Positions 1 through 11,317 of a stretch of 64,000 nucleotides of DNA are shown here, piece by piece. Below the pieces are notes generated by a model. It had not been told where the DNA came from. It was given only the letters and a program-made list of their open reading frames with translations, and searched no databases. Source of the DNA: Takakia lepidozioides (taxonomy: Eukaryota > Plantae > Bryophyta); the NCBI GenBank assembly GCA_030704615.1, contig CM060731.1, forward strand, positions 11,160,001-11,224,000, written 5' to 3'. Position 1 is the first letter of the stretch. Each line of letters starts with the position of its first letter. The translations under genes were made by a program, and so were the position numbers.

Positions 1-2447
1 ATGCAAGTGAAGTTAGGCAGAAAACTTCCCTGAATCTGTTTCCAGTCTGTGACATGGGGGAGGATATCATGGATGACCTCAAGGGTCTACCCACTCTCGG
101 CACCAGACTGAAATTTAAACTCAGGACAGGAAGTCTACCTTTGAACAGTAAACAGAAGCAGAGAGGAAAGGGAGAGTGCAATTGCGGCAACCCTCGAGGC
201 TGAGCCAAAAGCCCAGGCCCTTCTGAGGCCTAGTTTTTGGGCAAATCACACACAGCAGATTGATGCTTGTGTGAAGGGATTTCTAGAGGATCTGGAAAAC
301 CCGAATCAGTTCTTTGTATAAAGGTAAGTCTTACTACCAATGTCAGCCCCTGACAGAGGTAGGTTCTGTTCCTTTGGTTTCCGCTCAAACTGGGCGCGGG
401 GTCAATGGCCACAAGGCTACGGAAAACATCGTCTTATGAGTACATTCTCTCATCTTAAGCTCTTTGAGCTTCCCGTGGATGTATAGAGTTGCTTTCCTTC
501 CCTACTAATTACTTGCTTGGTTCAACTGTGTTGTTCTACTGGTGGCCTTTTGACCGTATATCTTCCAGTGGAGCTCATAATTACTAATAAAATTCCCTTG
601 AATAATAGTTGCTTTTGGGTTGCTTGTGGAGGGCCCCTCTCTCTTTCTTGTTTCTTTCTTTCTCTTGTCCCATAAGCTCTTTGAGCTTTCCATGGACGTT
701 ATAGAGTACCATTTCATTTCATCTCATATCTCTTCTATGGGTGGCACTTCCAGAATGTTTTATATTAATGTTCGCTTATACATGGCTGTGGGGAGAAGGA
801 AAAAAAATTCCAGATCACCAGTAGTCAGTGGTCAGAAACCTCCAGAAAACTTTTGTAAATCACCAAGTTTCACCAAGCCCATCTGCCGAGCAAAAGTGTG
901 ACATCCATTCCGACTTCAGATCACTTTTACCAGGACGCGTGTAGTACGCCTCGAGCAATGTAGAATGGTCAAGGAAAGATACAGAGCTCCCCTTTTTGGA
1001 CACAAAATCATGCCTTCAAATCCCACTGATAAGGTGGGCGGGTCTTCCTTTGGAGGAAACCTCTCAAAACGCCTTTAAAGAAGAATTGGAACTTCAAAAT
1101 ACATTCGGTGCCATTAAAGCCCACACTCCCGCGTTACATGTCCCTATTACACATGTTACAGACTACTCTACATTGAACTATGGGTCAAGCGACAACCTCG
1201 AGAGAAGCGGAGAGTCAACCTCACGGATTAAAAAGAGAGAGAACCTGAACAAGCTCAAGGGGGTACTTGTACGCGGGGCGACTGCTAGATTCCATAGCTT
1301 CACAGCTTGTCACATACGACAGCACCCCTCCCAGCGCTCATCATCCCGCAGACTTCCACAGCAACACCGTGACTTCAATTGTCAGTTCAACGACCCCCAT
1401 CCGCCCTCATCTTGATACTATCCCTTCTGCATTTCACTCCCTCACAACTGTGGAAGACAGATACCAAGGCATATTATTTGAATTGTACCCTTCACACCAT
1501 CCAATCCGGAGAAGCCGAGTGTCAGATATCTTGAACTGCAACCAAAATCCATCCACTACTCAAGTTTTTTTCTTAAGAAAAATTTGGTTAGGAATGCTGC
1601 TTAAAATACAGATACAGTCTTTTTACTTGGAGGTTCCCCATCACTGGAAGAGGTCTGCCTCATGTGCGTATGGTGGCTTCCCTTCATTGTCTGTGCTTCT
1701 AGTGTGTTGTTCCAGTTGGGCTCTTTGGGCTTTTGACAGAGGCCTTGAGCTTTGAGAACCCAAGTCCCTGGCAGCTTACCTGCACAGAGCTCTCGGTTTG
1801 GAGCGACGTTTGGTGTTCTTGAAATGGTGCCTTGTTGTTCTACTTGTATCATCGACCCTTGGCATCATATGGACATCTTTATAGTTCCTTCTCTTCTTGT
1901 GTCCCTCCCTTGCGCCATCTTGCCCATTATTTTTCTTCCTCTTTCTTCTGGTTTCTTTCCTCTTCAGGAGCATTTCTCGAAGTGCTCATTGGCAGAGGCC
2001 TTCAATTACAAGGACCTGAAGTGCTTAGGAGTTCTCTGTCTCCATGCACTGCTTGGATTGATTTGTTCTTGCAGATTCATTCCACTCTGCGCCTCCCTGT
2101 CAGAAATTTCTTCTCTCTTTTCCTTCTGTCTCCTTCTCTCTTTGGGCTTCTGTGGCCGTTTAAACAGTGTCTTTCTTTCTGGAAACTTGCAAATCCCTTT
2201 CACCCTGGTAGTGTATGCTGGCGTGCCAATATATATCCTCTCACCTAACTCTCTCTGCATTTGTATCTCGTCATTGACCAACCCCATTGAGGGCTACTCT
2301 CTCTCTTTGCAAAGCACCCCCATAGAATTAGGGTTTGCAAGACAGTCTGTCAACGTACCGATACTTGACATGTTACATATCCACGCAGTAGAACTTCTCT
2401 TACATCAGAGCACTTCAATTTAACAAAACTATCACAAATCTGCAGAT

Positions 2448-3000
2448 TTACACATTCTTGGTTTTGGCCATTTTGGAAGGAGGCCATCGGCCTTTTTTCC
2501 TTAGCTTGCGCTTGCGCACCAACCTCTTCCTTCGAAGCTCTAACCTCTTAGCTTTCTCCTTCAACAGCTCTGATTCTGACTTTAAAGAAGCTATGGCTGG
2601 GGTGGTAGCATCCGCCACAATCTCCGTCTCCGACTCTGGGGCATCTGCAGCAGCTTTGGTCGCCACATTCCTCTCCTCTGTAGCCTTCGACGTCAAGGAC
2701 GCACCATATGCACTGGCTCTCACCTGTCCACTGTAATCTCCTCCTTGACACACTGCCTTCCCGGATTTGAACCCCACTCTACGCCCTGCACGAGGTTACC
2801 ACATTCAAGCCTCACTCTCACATTCCAAAGGCCGAGTGACCGCAGTTTCTGCAAGAAAAACATTCTACATGAATTCACGTACCAGAAAATGGCCCGCAGC
2901 CAGGTCTCCATTGTGAGATATCCGAGGAAGCGGATGACGAGAGCGACAGATGCGAGAAGGCAGGCGCAAGGTGCTGCGGCAGAGAGAGCGCCATCGCCAT
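2448..3000 (-). CDS. PSRP5: Plastid-specific 50S ribosomal protein 5 (cL37), two exons: 3000-2883 and 2785-2448, about 151 aa
   Basis: C-terminus RLELRRKRLVRKRKLRKKGRWPPSKMAKTKNV matches the PSRP5 signature. Ser-rich transit-peptide-like exon 1 (MAMALSLPQHLAPAFSHLSLSSSASS). GT..AG intron 2882-2786 keeps the frame. Confidence 0.85.
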
Positions 3001-4059
3001 CTCCTCCCTTCCTCTCCTCTCCTCTCCTCGCGTTCTGGATAATTGCCCACCAACACAACAACACAGTACTGGGCAATTTTGAGCTAAATAAAAACAAACC
3101 AATCATTTCAAAGAATCATTTGTTATAATAAATAGTCTCAAATAATGAATATCCCAGGAGTAGAGGGTTTATGCACCTTCCATGGCAAGCCTGCTTTGGC
3201 TGGGTGTGTGTCACCCTGGTTCTCGCTCCCTATAGTCTTCCAAAGTGAGGGAATTGAGGGGGTGGGGGGGGAGAAGAAAAAAACCTTTCCTTTGGGAAAC
3301 TTTGCATTGTTGTGCAGAAGGGCAGCCCCTTCTGAGTGAGAGAGAGAAGCACACAAGATTGTTACTTTAATTCGCGCATTTGGAACTTGGAACATGAAGG
3401 CAAAATCTCAACACGCCTCATAAAAATAAAAATAAAATGTGGACTCTTGCTGTAACTTAGTAATGTGTCATTTGACCGGTAGGCTTACTGCTTTTCGATT
3501 GGAAAGTGGACACCTTCTTTGAACATGATACTTATGTGGTTTGAACCCACAACCAGTAATGAAATGGTATTTTTCTAACCCGTGGTTTAACCCTTAAGCA
3601 CCCACCAGGCCCGTTTTGGGCCTCGCTTTTTGGTTTTTGGTCCTTGGATTTCTCAGATTTCAATCAATTGAGCCCATTTTTTTTCTAGTGGATGCCGTCC
3701 ACTTGTCGGACAGGAATCCAGTGAGCGATTGATGGGATTTTTTGGTTAGGGTCAGGATTTTCGGTGGCCAAGGCGGTGGGGTCTGCTTTGCGGCGTGAGA
3801 GCAGCTCTCCCGCGCTTTTTGGGCTCTCTCACCTTGCGTGTTTGTCTTCCTGGCCTCACTGTGCTCGTGTTTCGGGAGCTCCACTGCGGCGTGTGTATGC
3901 AGGTGGCCGTTGCCCATAGTGTCGTTGAGATTTCTGCATTGTGGTTTTGCTTCATTACTACTCACCTTCATGGATAGCTGTTGCATTCAACGGACTACCT
4001 ACACTGCGATCTCCAGAGCATAGAGCATCTGTTGTTGTAGGTGTGATTGGGGAAGAGGT

Positions 4060-4343
4060 TGTCGTGCATCTAAGCATCGTGCCACAACATACATCGTTGT
4101 CCACCGCACAATCTAAGCACACAATCCTAGAAAGTTATATCACAATCGGATAAGAGATGAGAAATGAGAGAAGTGGAAGACAATGAAAACTCTCAAAGCA
4201 TGAAGCAATCACACTAAGAACAAGCCCTAGTCCTTCCATGACAGCTATCGTGCACCTAAGCATCGTGCCACAACATACATCGTTGTCCACCACACAATCT
4301 AAACACACAATCCTAGAAAGCTATACTACAATTGCCCCCCTAG
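4060..4343 (-). repeat. Copy C 3' terminus: B2 (4060-4144), A2 (~4149-4243), GC spacer, B1 (4246-4330), PPT (4331-4343)
   Basis: Two 85-bp direct repeats flank a unique block. Element-strand junction GCACGATA-GC-TGTCAT. PPT CTAGGGGGGCAAT. Confidence 0.85.
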
Positions 4344-4559
4344 CCGACGATTAGGTCCGTCTGACACCAGATAGCTGATAAGTATCCATCCCAATAAGAT
4401 CATCACTTGGTCATCAATCGCCCAAGTCCCACTATCTGAAGTCAATAGATCGAGAGACCGGGTGCAAAAGTAGCCCCATCGTTACTCGTCTTCCTACAAT
4501 CCATGGCTTCAATTGGGTGTCCATAGCATCAAACTCCCTTTAACTAGACCTTGGATCAC

Positions 4560-5038
4560 TTGTCAACCTCGCCACTGTCATGATCAAGCATCACATGTGC
4601 CACCCCCTTGAGCATTTGTCACACACCAACATGGTCGCGGCACCACCAGCATGCCCACATAGCATGCAACGCAACCCTGCAGATACCACTACAAGGTTAG
4701 GATCTATCATCCCATCCACATGTGGAAGATGACATGGCGCACAATTGTGCACATGGTCCTTCCATACCATGCCATCTCGACCCTCCAGAATCAACACTCT
4801 TGAAGGCAACACCTCCCAGACCCTTAGAATCACACGACCTGTTGTGACATCCAAGATCATAGGCGTTGTCTGCTACAGATACACATAGTCCCAGGATAGA
4901 AACGCCAAACATCTGGCCGATATCCCCCTCCACGTATAGTGGCGTACCTCAATGTGTCTCTGTGTTGGGCAATAGCAAGGTTCAAAAGCCATAGGCATGA
5001 CTCTCTTGAACAACTCTGCCCGTTGGGCACATGCTTGT
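4560..5038 (-). pseudogene. Copy C integrase C-terminus and PHD finger remnant
   Basis: NLAIAQHRDTLRYATIRGGGY...CMLCGHAGGAATMLVCDKCSRGWHM, homologous to A 5823-6647. Confidence 0.85.
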
Positions 5039-5575
5039 TGTCGTGCGCATACATATTGCTACACAACTACATCGTTGTCCAAACCACACCACATATATAT
5101 GCACAATAAAGTAGTCTGCCACAATAGATAAGAAAAACTAAGAACACACTGTTGACACAAAACATGACAACCAAAATCATCACTCTTTCGAATAGAAGTC
5201 GAGCCAGGGGCACCCCAAGCTATGGGGACTCCACCCCACAACAACCTATACTCCCATCATAAGCACACTCAGTCCTAAACGATGCAGGAGCTCGGTCGCG
5301 CAGGCTCAACTCGAGAGAAATGAGCCACGCGACTGCCGCTCTCGTGAAGATAAGGCCATTCAGGTATCAAACTAAACTTAACACCTGATTTAATACTTGA
5401 CCTAAATCCAAGTGTTAAATACAAATAACTAGTTTTATTCTAGTTGTTTTCACACTGTGCTTATTTAACTTGACAGCTGTCGTGCGCATACATATCGCTA
5501 CACAACTACATCGCTGTCCAAACCACACCACATATATATGCACAATAAAGTAGTCTGCCACAATCGCCCCCCTAG
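5039..5575 (-). repeat. Copy A 3' terminus: B2 5039-5123, A2 5127-5475, GC 5476-5477, B1 5478-5562, PPT 5563-5575
   Basis: B1 and B2 are 85-bp direct repeats. A2 matches 16618-16966. Palindrome GACAGCTGTC at 5472-5481. Confidence 0.92.
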
Positions 5576-5822
5576 CTGGTGGGTAGGTCCCTCTACCTCC
5601 AGATAGCTACAAGATGTAATAGCCACAGCCGTACTAAGTCCTCTATCACTGCCCCTATTGCACTCAAACTCTATAGACCAAGAGGCCGGGTACAAGAGTA
5701 GCCCCATCGTTAGTCGCCATCTTGCAATCTGTGAACTTGAGCCAGGACCTCGTGTGTTCAAGGTCTCCTAGTAGCTGGGCCTTGCGTTTCTTGTTAGCCT
5801 TCCATGGTTGTATCCACTCCCA

Positions 5823-7220
5823 CTATCCAATGCAATGTGGACATAACCAATCCCCATCCGAAACCATCTCAAGAGGTGGAGTCAAGCATCTCATATGCCA
5901 ACCTCTAGAGCATCGATCACACACCAGTATGGTGGCTGCCCCTTTAGCAGACCCACACAACATGCACCTCAAACCTGCAGATACCACCGCCAAGTTTGGG
6001 TCAATCCTGCCATCGACATTCGGAAGGTGACATGGCGCACAATTACGCACATGGTCCTTCCAAGTTATGCCATCCCGACCCTCCAAGACCAAGACGCATG
6101 AAGGCAAGACCTCTCGAACCCTCAAAATAACACGTCCTGCAGTCACATCCAGGATCGTATGAGCAGTCTGCTGCAGATAGACATAGTCACCAGGGTTGAA
6201 TCTCCGAACCCCAGGACGATAGCCCCCACCACGTATGGTAGCATACCTCAACGTATCACGGTGTTGTGCAATGGCAAGGTTCTCGAAAGCCATGGGCATG
6301 ACTCTCTTGAACAACTCTGCACGCTGCTCACATGCACGTGCCCACACGTCCGGATCGTCAAGGTTAAGAACTGTAGCAGCTTCTGTGCGAATGGATGTAG
6401 GCAAATCCGGCTCTCGGCCAAAGAGAAGAAAGTATGGTGAGAAGGAGGCAAGTGATGCTTGTTTGCTGAACCTGTAGCCCATGGCTAACCAAGGTAACTG
6501 AAGGTCCCAATCTCCTAGGTGTCCCTTCTGCAAGCCATACTTGCGCAAACCCCTCTTTACTGTCTGAACAACTCTCTCTGCCAAGCCATCGGCCTCAGGA
6601 TGATCCCGAGAAGTGGTGCGGTGGTCTATCAAGGCCTTGTCACACAAAGCCTAAACTCCCCCAAGAACTCTCTCCCTTGGTCCATGAGTACCTCAGCTGG
6701 AGCACCGAATCGGCTAAGCACACAATCCAAGAATGCATACGCAGCTCTCTCACTAGCCTTATCAGGCAATGGAACCAATTCAATCCACTTGGAGAAGTGC
6801 TCCACCATCACCAATACGTACTTGTTGTGGCGCATGGTCAGTGGCAATGGCCCTGCGAAGTCAAGACTCCACCTGTAGCCCAATCCCATGATCGGAAGAG
6901 GGTGCAATTGTGGAGTAGGGGCGTTGAATGAAGCACGCACCCTGTCACACACCATGCACCTAGCCACAAATTGTTGCACCTCTGTGTGCATACCACGCCA
7001 CCAATACTGCCCCTGCAGTAGACTATGAGTGCGTCGCACCCCAAAATGCCCCAACTCCTCATGGGCATGCCGCACTAACCGTGCCCGCTGTGTTGGGTGA
7101 GGCACAATCCTCACTCGACCATCCTCCCACACTCGGAGCGGGTGTGTCCCCTCCCACGTAAACCTCTTGGCTCGTTGTAGGATCCGATCCCTCTCCTTGG
7201 CAGTCACAGTGGCTGCAGTG
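5823..7220 (-). pseudogene. Copy A integrase (HHCC zinc finger, D-D35-E core) plus C-terminal PHD finger; one frameshift near 6650
   Basis: HAHEELGHFG...CMVC; WSLDF...DQGREF...GLAER; CMLC...CDRC...WHMRC...WLCPHC (C4HC3). Confidence 0.9.
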
Positions 7221-7222
7221 TC

Positions 7223-8956
7223 TCAAGTGCGGAGGTAGTCCAACACAACTGAATCCTCATGTATATCTTTGGCGCCACCTTGCTCATTGTTGGCCTCAGG
7301 GTCCTCAGACACTTGATCTACAGTCATCCCTGTTGCAGGTCCAACCTGGCCTTCCGCTGCCAAGATACACAGAAATGCAGATGCATGCCATCCGGGCACC
7401 ATCTCCTCGTCCGTCTCACCATGCCACCGAGCTCCAGTGTCATCCTGCTGGCTCGTGCATGGATTGCGACTCAACCCATCTGCATTGCGATTGACCAAAC
7501 CCGGTCGATGCACCACCTGAAAGTCATACTCTTGAAGGATGAGTGCCCACCGTGCAAGCTTCCCCGTAAGCTTGTCTGACTTCATCAACCACTTGAGTGG
7601 TTGGTGATCCGTGACAAGGGTGAAGAGATTGTCGTATAGATAGCACCTGAAGTGTGCCACGGCCCACACTGCAGCTAAGCATTCTCCCTCATATGAGCTA
7701 TACTTAGACTCTGCAGCATTGTTCGAGCGGCTAGCATAAGCCACTACGAACTCTCTTCCCTCATCATCCACCTGTGTGAGCACCGCTCCAAGCCCCAGCA
7801 TGCTCCAATCTGTATGCAGCTGAAAAGGACGCCCCCTGATAGGTCGTCTCAAGATGGGCGCCGAGGTCAACCTCGCCTTGAGCTCTTGAAAAGCTCGTTC
7901 TTGCTCATCTTCCCACTGCCACTCCTGGTCCACCTTGGTCAGCTTGGTTAGAGCCTTTGCAATGGCACTAAATCCCTTAACAAACCGTCTGTAATAGTTT
8001 GCTAACCCCATGAAAGCTCGAACTCGGCTCACATCCGTGGGGCGTGGAACCTGTGCAATGGACTCTACCTTAGTCTGCTGTACCCCCAATCCTCCAGGAT
8101 ATATCATATGACCCAGATACTCAATCTGGTTGTGGAAGAACTTGCACTTGCCCGGATGTAACTTCAATCCGTGCGTCCTCAAGCGCTCAAATACCCCCTG
8201 AAGGTGTCTCTCATGCTCCTCCACCGTAGCACTAAAGATGATGATGTCATCTATGTAGCACCGAGCAAACTCCACCCCTGCTAGAATCCTGTCCATGACT
8301 CTTTGAAACTCAGCGGGAGCGTTTTTAAGCCCAAATGGTAAGAACCACCACTGGTATAGGCAATCCTTCCCGTGCTCATTGATCCCCCAGAATGCCGTCT
8401 TTTGCTTATCCGCCTCTTTGATCGGCAACTGGTGATATCCGGATCGTAAATCCAACGTGCTAAAGACCTTGGAATGCCCAATGGCATCAAAGATCTCCTC
8501 TGGTGTCGGCATGGCATACCTATTGGACTTGGTCTGACGATTTACAGGCTGGTAATCACCGCACATACGTCTCTCCGTCCAATTGCCATAGACATCCTTC
8601 TTGGCTGGCATCACTGTGGCTGAAGCATACTCTCCACCAGAGAGCTCCACCAAACCTGCCTCCCAGAGATCTTGAGTCCTCATCTGAATCAAAGACCTCT
8701 CCATGTCACTGTATCTATAGGGTCTCCAAAAGATTGGCGTGTCAGTGGCCAACTCAATACGGATCTCTTGACCCTTCAGTGCTCCCAAGTCCTTCAAACT
8801 GAAGGCAAAGCAATTCCTGTAAGCCCTCAGGAACCGCCGTATACGTCGTCTCTCTCCTCCGATGACAATGGGTCCAATGTCAGGCTCCCAATTGTCCTCC
8901 GTAACTGCAACCTTAAGTCCAGTGGGCTTAGAGGTAGAGGACGCGTCCCGTGGTTG
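7223..8956 (-). CDS. Copy A reverse transcriptase and RNase H (Ty3/Gypsy type)
   Basis: [53 protein letters not shown]. Open in frame from the TAG at 8959-8957. Confidence 0.92.
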   Translation of the reverse strand, partial: QPRDASSTSKPTGLKVAVTEDNWEPDIGPIVIGGERRRIRRFLRAYRNCFAFSLKDLGALKGQEIRIELATDTPIFWRPYRYSDMERSLIQMRTQDLWEAGLVELSGGEYASATVMPAKKDVYGNWTERRMCGDYQPVNRQTKSNRYAMPTPEEIFDAIGHSKVFSTLDLRSGYHQLPIKEADKQKTAFWGINEHGKDCLYQWWFLPFGLKNAPAEFQRVMDRILAGVEFARCYIDDIIIFSATVEEHERHLQGVFERLRTHGLKLHPGKCKFFHNQIEYLGHMIYPGGLGVQQTKVESIAQVPRPTDVSRVRAFMGLANYYRRFVKGFSAIAKALTKLTKVDQEWQWEDEQERAFQELKARLTSAPILRRPIRGRPFQLHTDWSMLGLGAVLTQVDDEGREFVVAYASRSNNAAESKYSSYEGECLAAVWAVAHFRCYLYDNLFTLVTDHQPLKWLMKSDKLTGKLARWALILQEYDFQVVHRPGLVNRNADGLSRNPCTSQQDDTGARWHGETDEEMVPGWHASAFLCILAAEGQVGPATGMTVDQVSEDPEANNEQGGAKDIHEDSVVLDYLRT

Positions 8957-9249
8957 CTATGCTGCAACCTCTTGAGCAGTACTCCCTTCTTGCTCAGTCA
9001 ATGACAAGGCCTCATCCTGCCCCATCATCTCATCATTGAGAACCTCCTCATCCCGAGAAGAATCCCCAACCTCATCCATCACAGCTGCCTTGGCTACCAA
9101 CTCCATCTGAACCTCGAGCACCTCCCACGTGTGCCATGGATGTCTACACCCCGTGGTCCTCACCGGCTCGCCCCCACTTGCTGCCTGTACCGTCTCGGTA
9201 GGCAGAGAGACCGTCAAGGGAAGTGCACTCCGCACTCTACGTTGCTCAG

Positions 9250-10125
9250 CCATAGCCAAGCTGATAATCCAGGTCAAGCAATTGAGATCCATTGCTTGCC
9301 CCAACACCTGACGACGTGATGCCTCAGAAAAAGAGGGCACCGCCGTGGTACCAGTGGTGAAACCCATCGCCCGCTCGCGCTCGTCAGCATTGGGCTCTAC
9401 TAATTACTGCAACTGGCTATCCCACAAGAGGCCATGTCCACCATCCTGAAAAGCATGAGATCCTGGAAAGCTAAGCAGTGTAGGCAATGCGGCTTGTGGG
9501 TGACCCACCTTATTGACCACTGCCAAAGGTGATCGGTCATCATGTCTCACACGTTGAGACTGTCTCCCTATGTCCAAAATGCTATCCACCGTCAGGTGTG
9601 GTGGCCGCTGCACCCCATCAAATGCACACTTAAGCAGTGCGGGTGGCATCAAGTTAGTCCACCAAAGTCGTGGACGATGAGCCCGTGATCCCACTGCAGC
9701 TGCATCCAGCAACACTGCTGACCCAAGCCACGACCGGACTTAATGCACACTGGCCATCACCCTGGCCCGAGAATCACCCATCAGTGGCACATTCTCCAAG
9801 ATGTATGCTGGAGATACAGCTTGATGAAGCTGCAAGTGGCGCAAAACCCGCACCATCTCCCAAAACAGACCCGTCCTCGAGTCTCTTGCGCCCCCAATAA
9901 GGAAATGTCTGCTGGCAAGGCTTGTTGGTATCCACGAACTGCAGACACATGCAACAAGTCAGGGTACTGCTGTACCAACTGAGCCACATGGCGCAGTAAG
10001 ACGCGTCGTGCAATCTCATCCCTCTCCACATACATGTAACGCCTTACCCGCACACCTGCCTGTAGCACAGCAGCCAATCCGGTGCTGATCCCGCCAAACA
10101 AGTCCAGAAGGCAAATGCCTTCATC
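9250..10125 (-). pseudogene. Copy A DNMT3-like C5 cytosine methyltransferase, catalytic motif IV deleted
   Basis: Motif I LDLFGGIST, II YVERDE, VI ENV, VIII DAAAVGSRAHRPRLWWTN, IX ERERAMGF, X RQVLGQAM. About 87 bp containing GWPCQG is missing near 9885 relative to copy B. Confidence 0.88.
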
Positions 10126-10479
10126 CGGATACTGCCACACAATAGGTGTGGTATCCAATGGTGACAACTGAGGTGGTCCTGGTGCAATACCCGCACTCTC
10201 CTCCTCTCCTGACGGTACAAAAGCCTCTACCCAGGCTTGTTGCACCCGTCGATCAGCAACCTACTACAAATCCTTGCTCGTACCCCACAATGGAGTGTGA
10301 GCAACCATGGCAGGCAACTCCGCCATACCATGCATGTCATCCTGCTCTGCTGGAGATGGCACATCCTCTGCATGGGCATTGCCTTCCAGCAACTCTCCAG
10401 GCCAACTAACTGCAGCTGTAAAGGCAGCTAGTGTTGGCATCTTGCCCCGTTGGGCAGCCGCAATACCCCCAATGAATGT

Positions 10480-10870
10480 CACAGGGAGCTGTGCACGACG
10501 ACCATCCCCTGACTGCCATCCAGGCCTGTAGAATGCTGACTCCTCCCAAAAGTCCAGGGTGAAGCTCATGGGGTATAACACTGCCCCACCAACAAGGACA
10601 TCGTAAGAGACCGCGTCTGTCACAATGGCCTTGGCTCGCATTACTGAGCCATCGATAAGATGATCCGGCTGTAGTCTAATGGCCAACTGATGTCGTGTCA
10701 TGCCCCGAGCCTGCTCTGATCCTCCCAGAGATGTCTGTATCTGGAAAGGACAAGGCTCCATATCCGCCTCCATGAGGCCCAAACCTGCAATAGCAGCTCT
10801 ACCCAACATCAGTGGCTGAGCTCCCGAGTCCAACAAGACCCGTAGTGGCCGGTACTTCTTGCCTGCCGGT
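10480..10870 (-). CDS. Copy A retroviral-type aspartic protease domain
   Basis: RVLLDSGAQPLMLG ... YDVLVGGAVL within ORF 10264-11178. Confidence 0.85.
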
Positions 10871-11317
10871 CCACTCAAAGTAAAAATGCCTCCCTGGTTG
10901 TCTAACAAGACAACTCCAGGTGTCACCATGGCGCGCTCAAAGGCTGGCCTAGCTGGCAGCTCCGTCAACCTGGCAGCTGCAGCTTGCCATGGCGCAGCCG
11001 TGGCAGTCTTGATCCTCAAATCCGAGGATCCCTCTGCCACTACACCTTCCAGTAACTCCGCAGAAGATGAAGTGACCTCCCCACTCTCAAAGAGTGTTGC
11101 TGCTAGTCTGAACACTGCAGCTGGTCTTACCCCCGGCGTCGCAATCATGGTTGCCGAGAACAGTGGGGCTTGACACACAGAGGTGGCTGCCCCAACAACA
11201 CACCGGCTGCACTAGCCTTGGCAGCAGGTGTCAGTGCTGCACGTGTAGCTCTCCCCAATGGCATAGAAACCTCCGCCTCGGTAACAGTCAGGCGAGAACT
11301 AGGTGCCATGGATGGCG

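Noticed and set aside
1-2430. Several 60-220 aa ORFs on both strands
   Set aside because: No recognisable motifs. May be decayed TE or PSRP5 3' flank; cannot assign.
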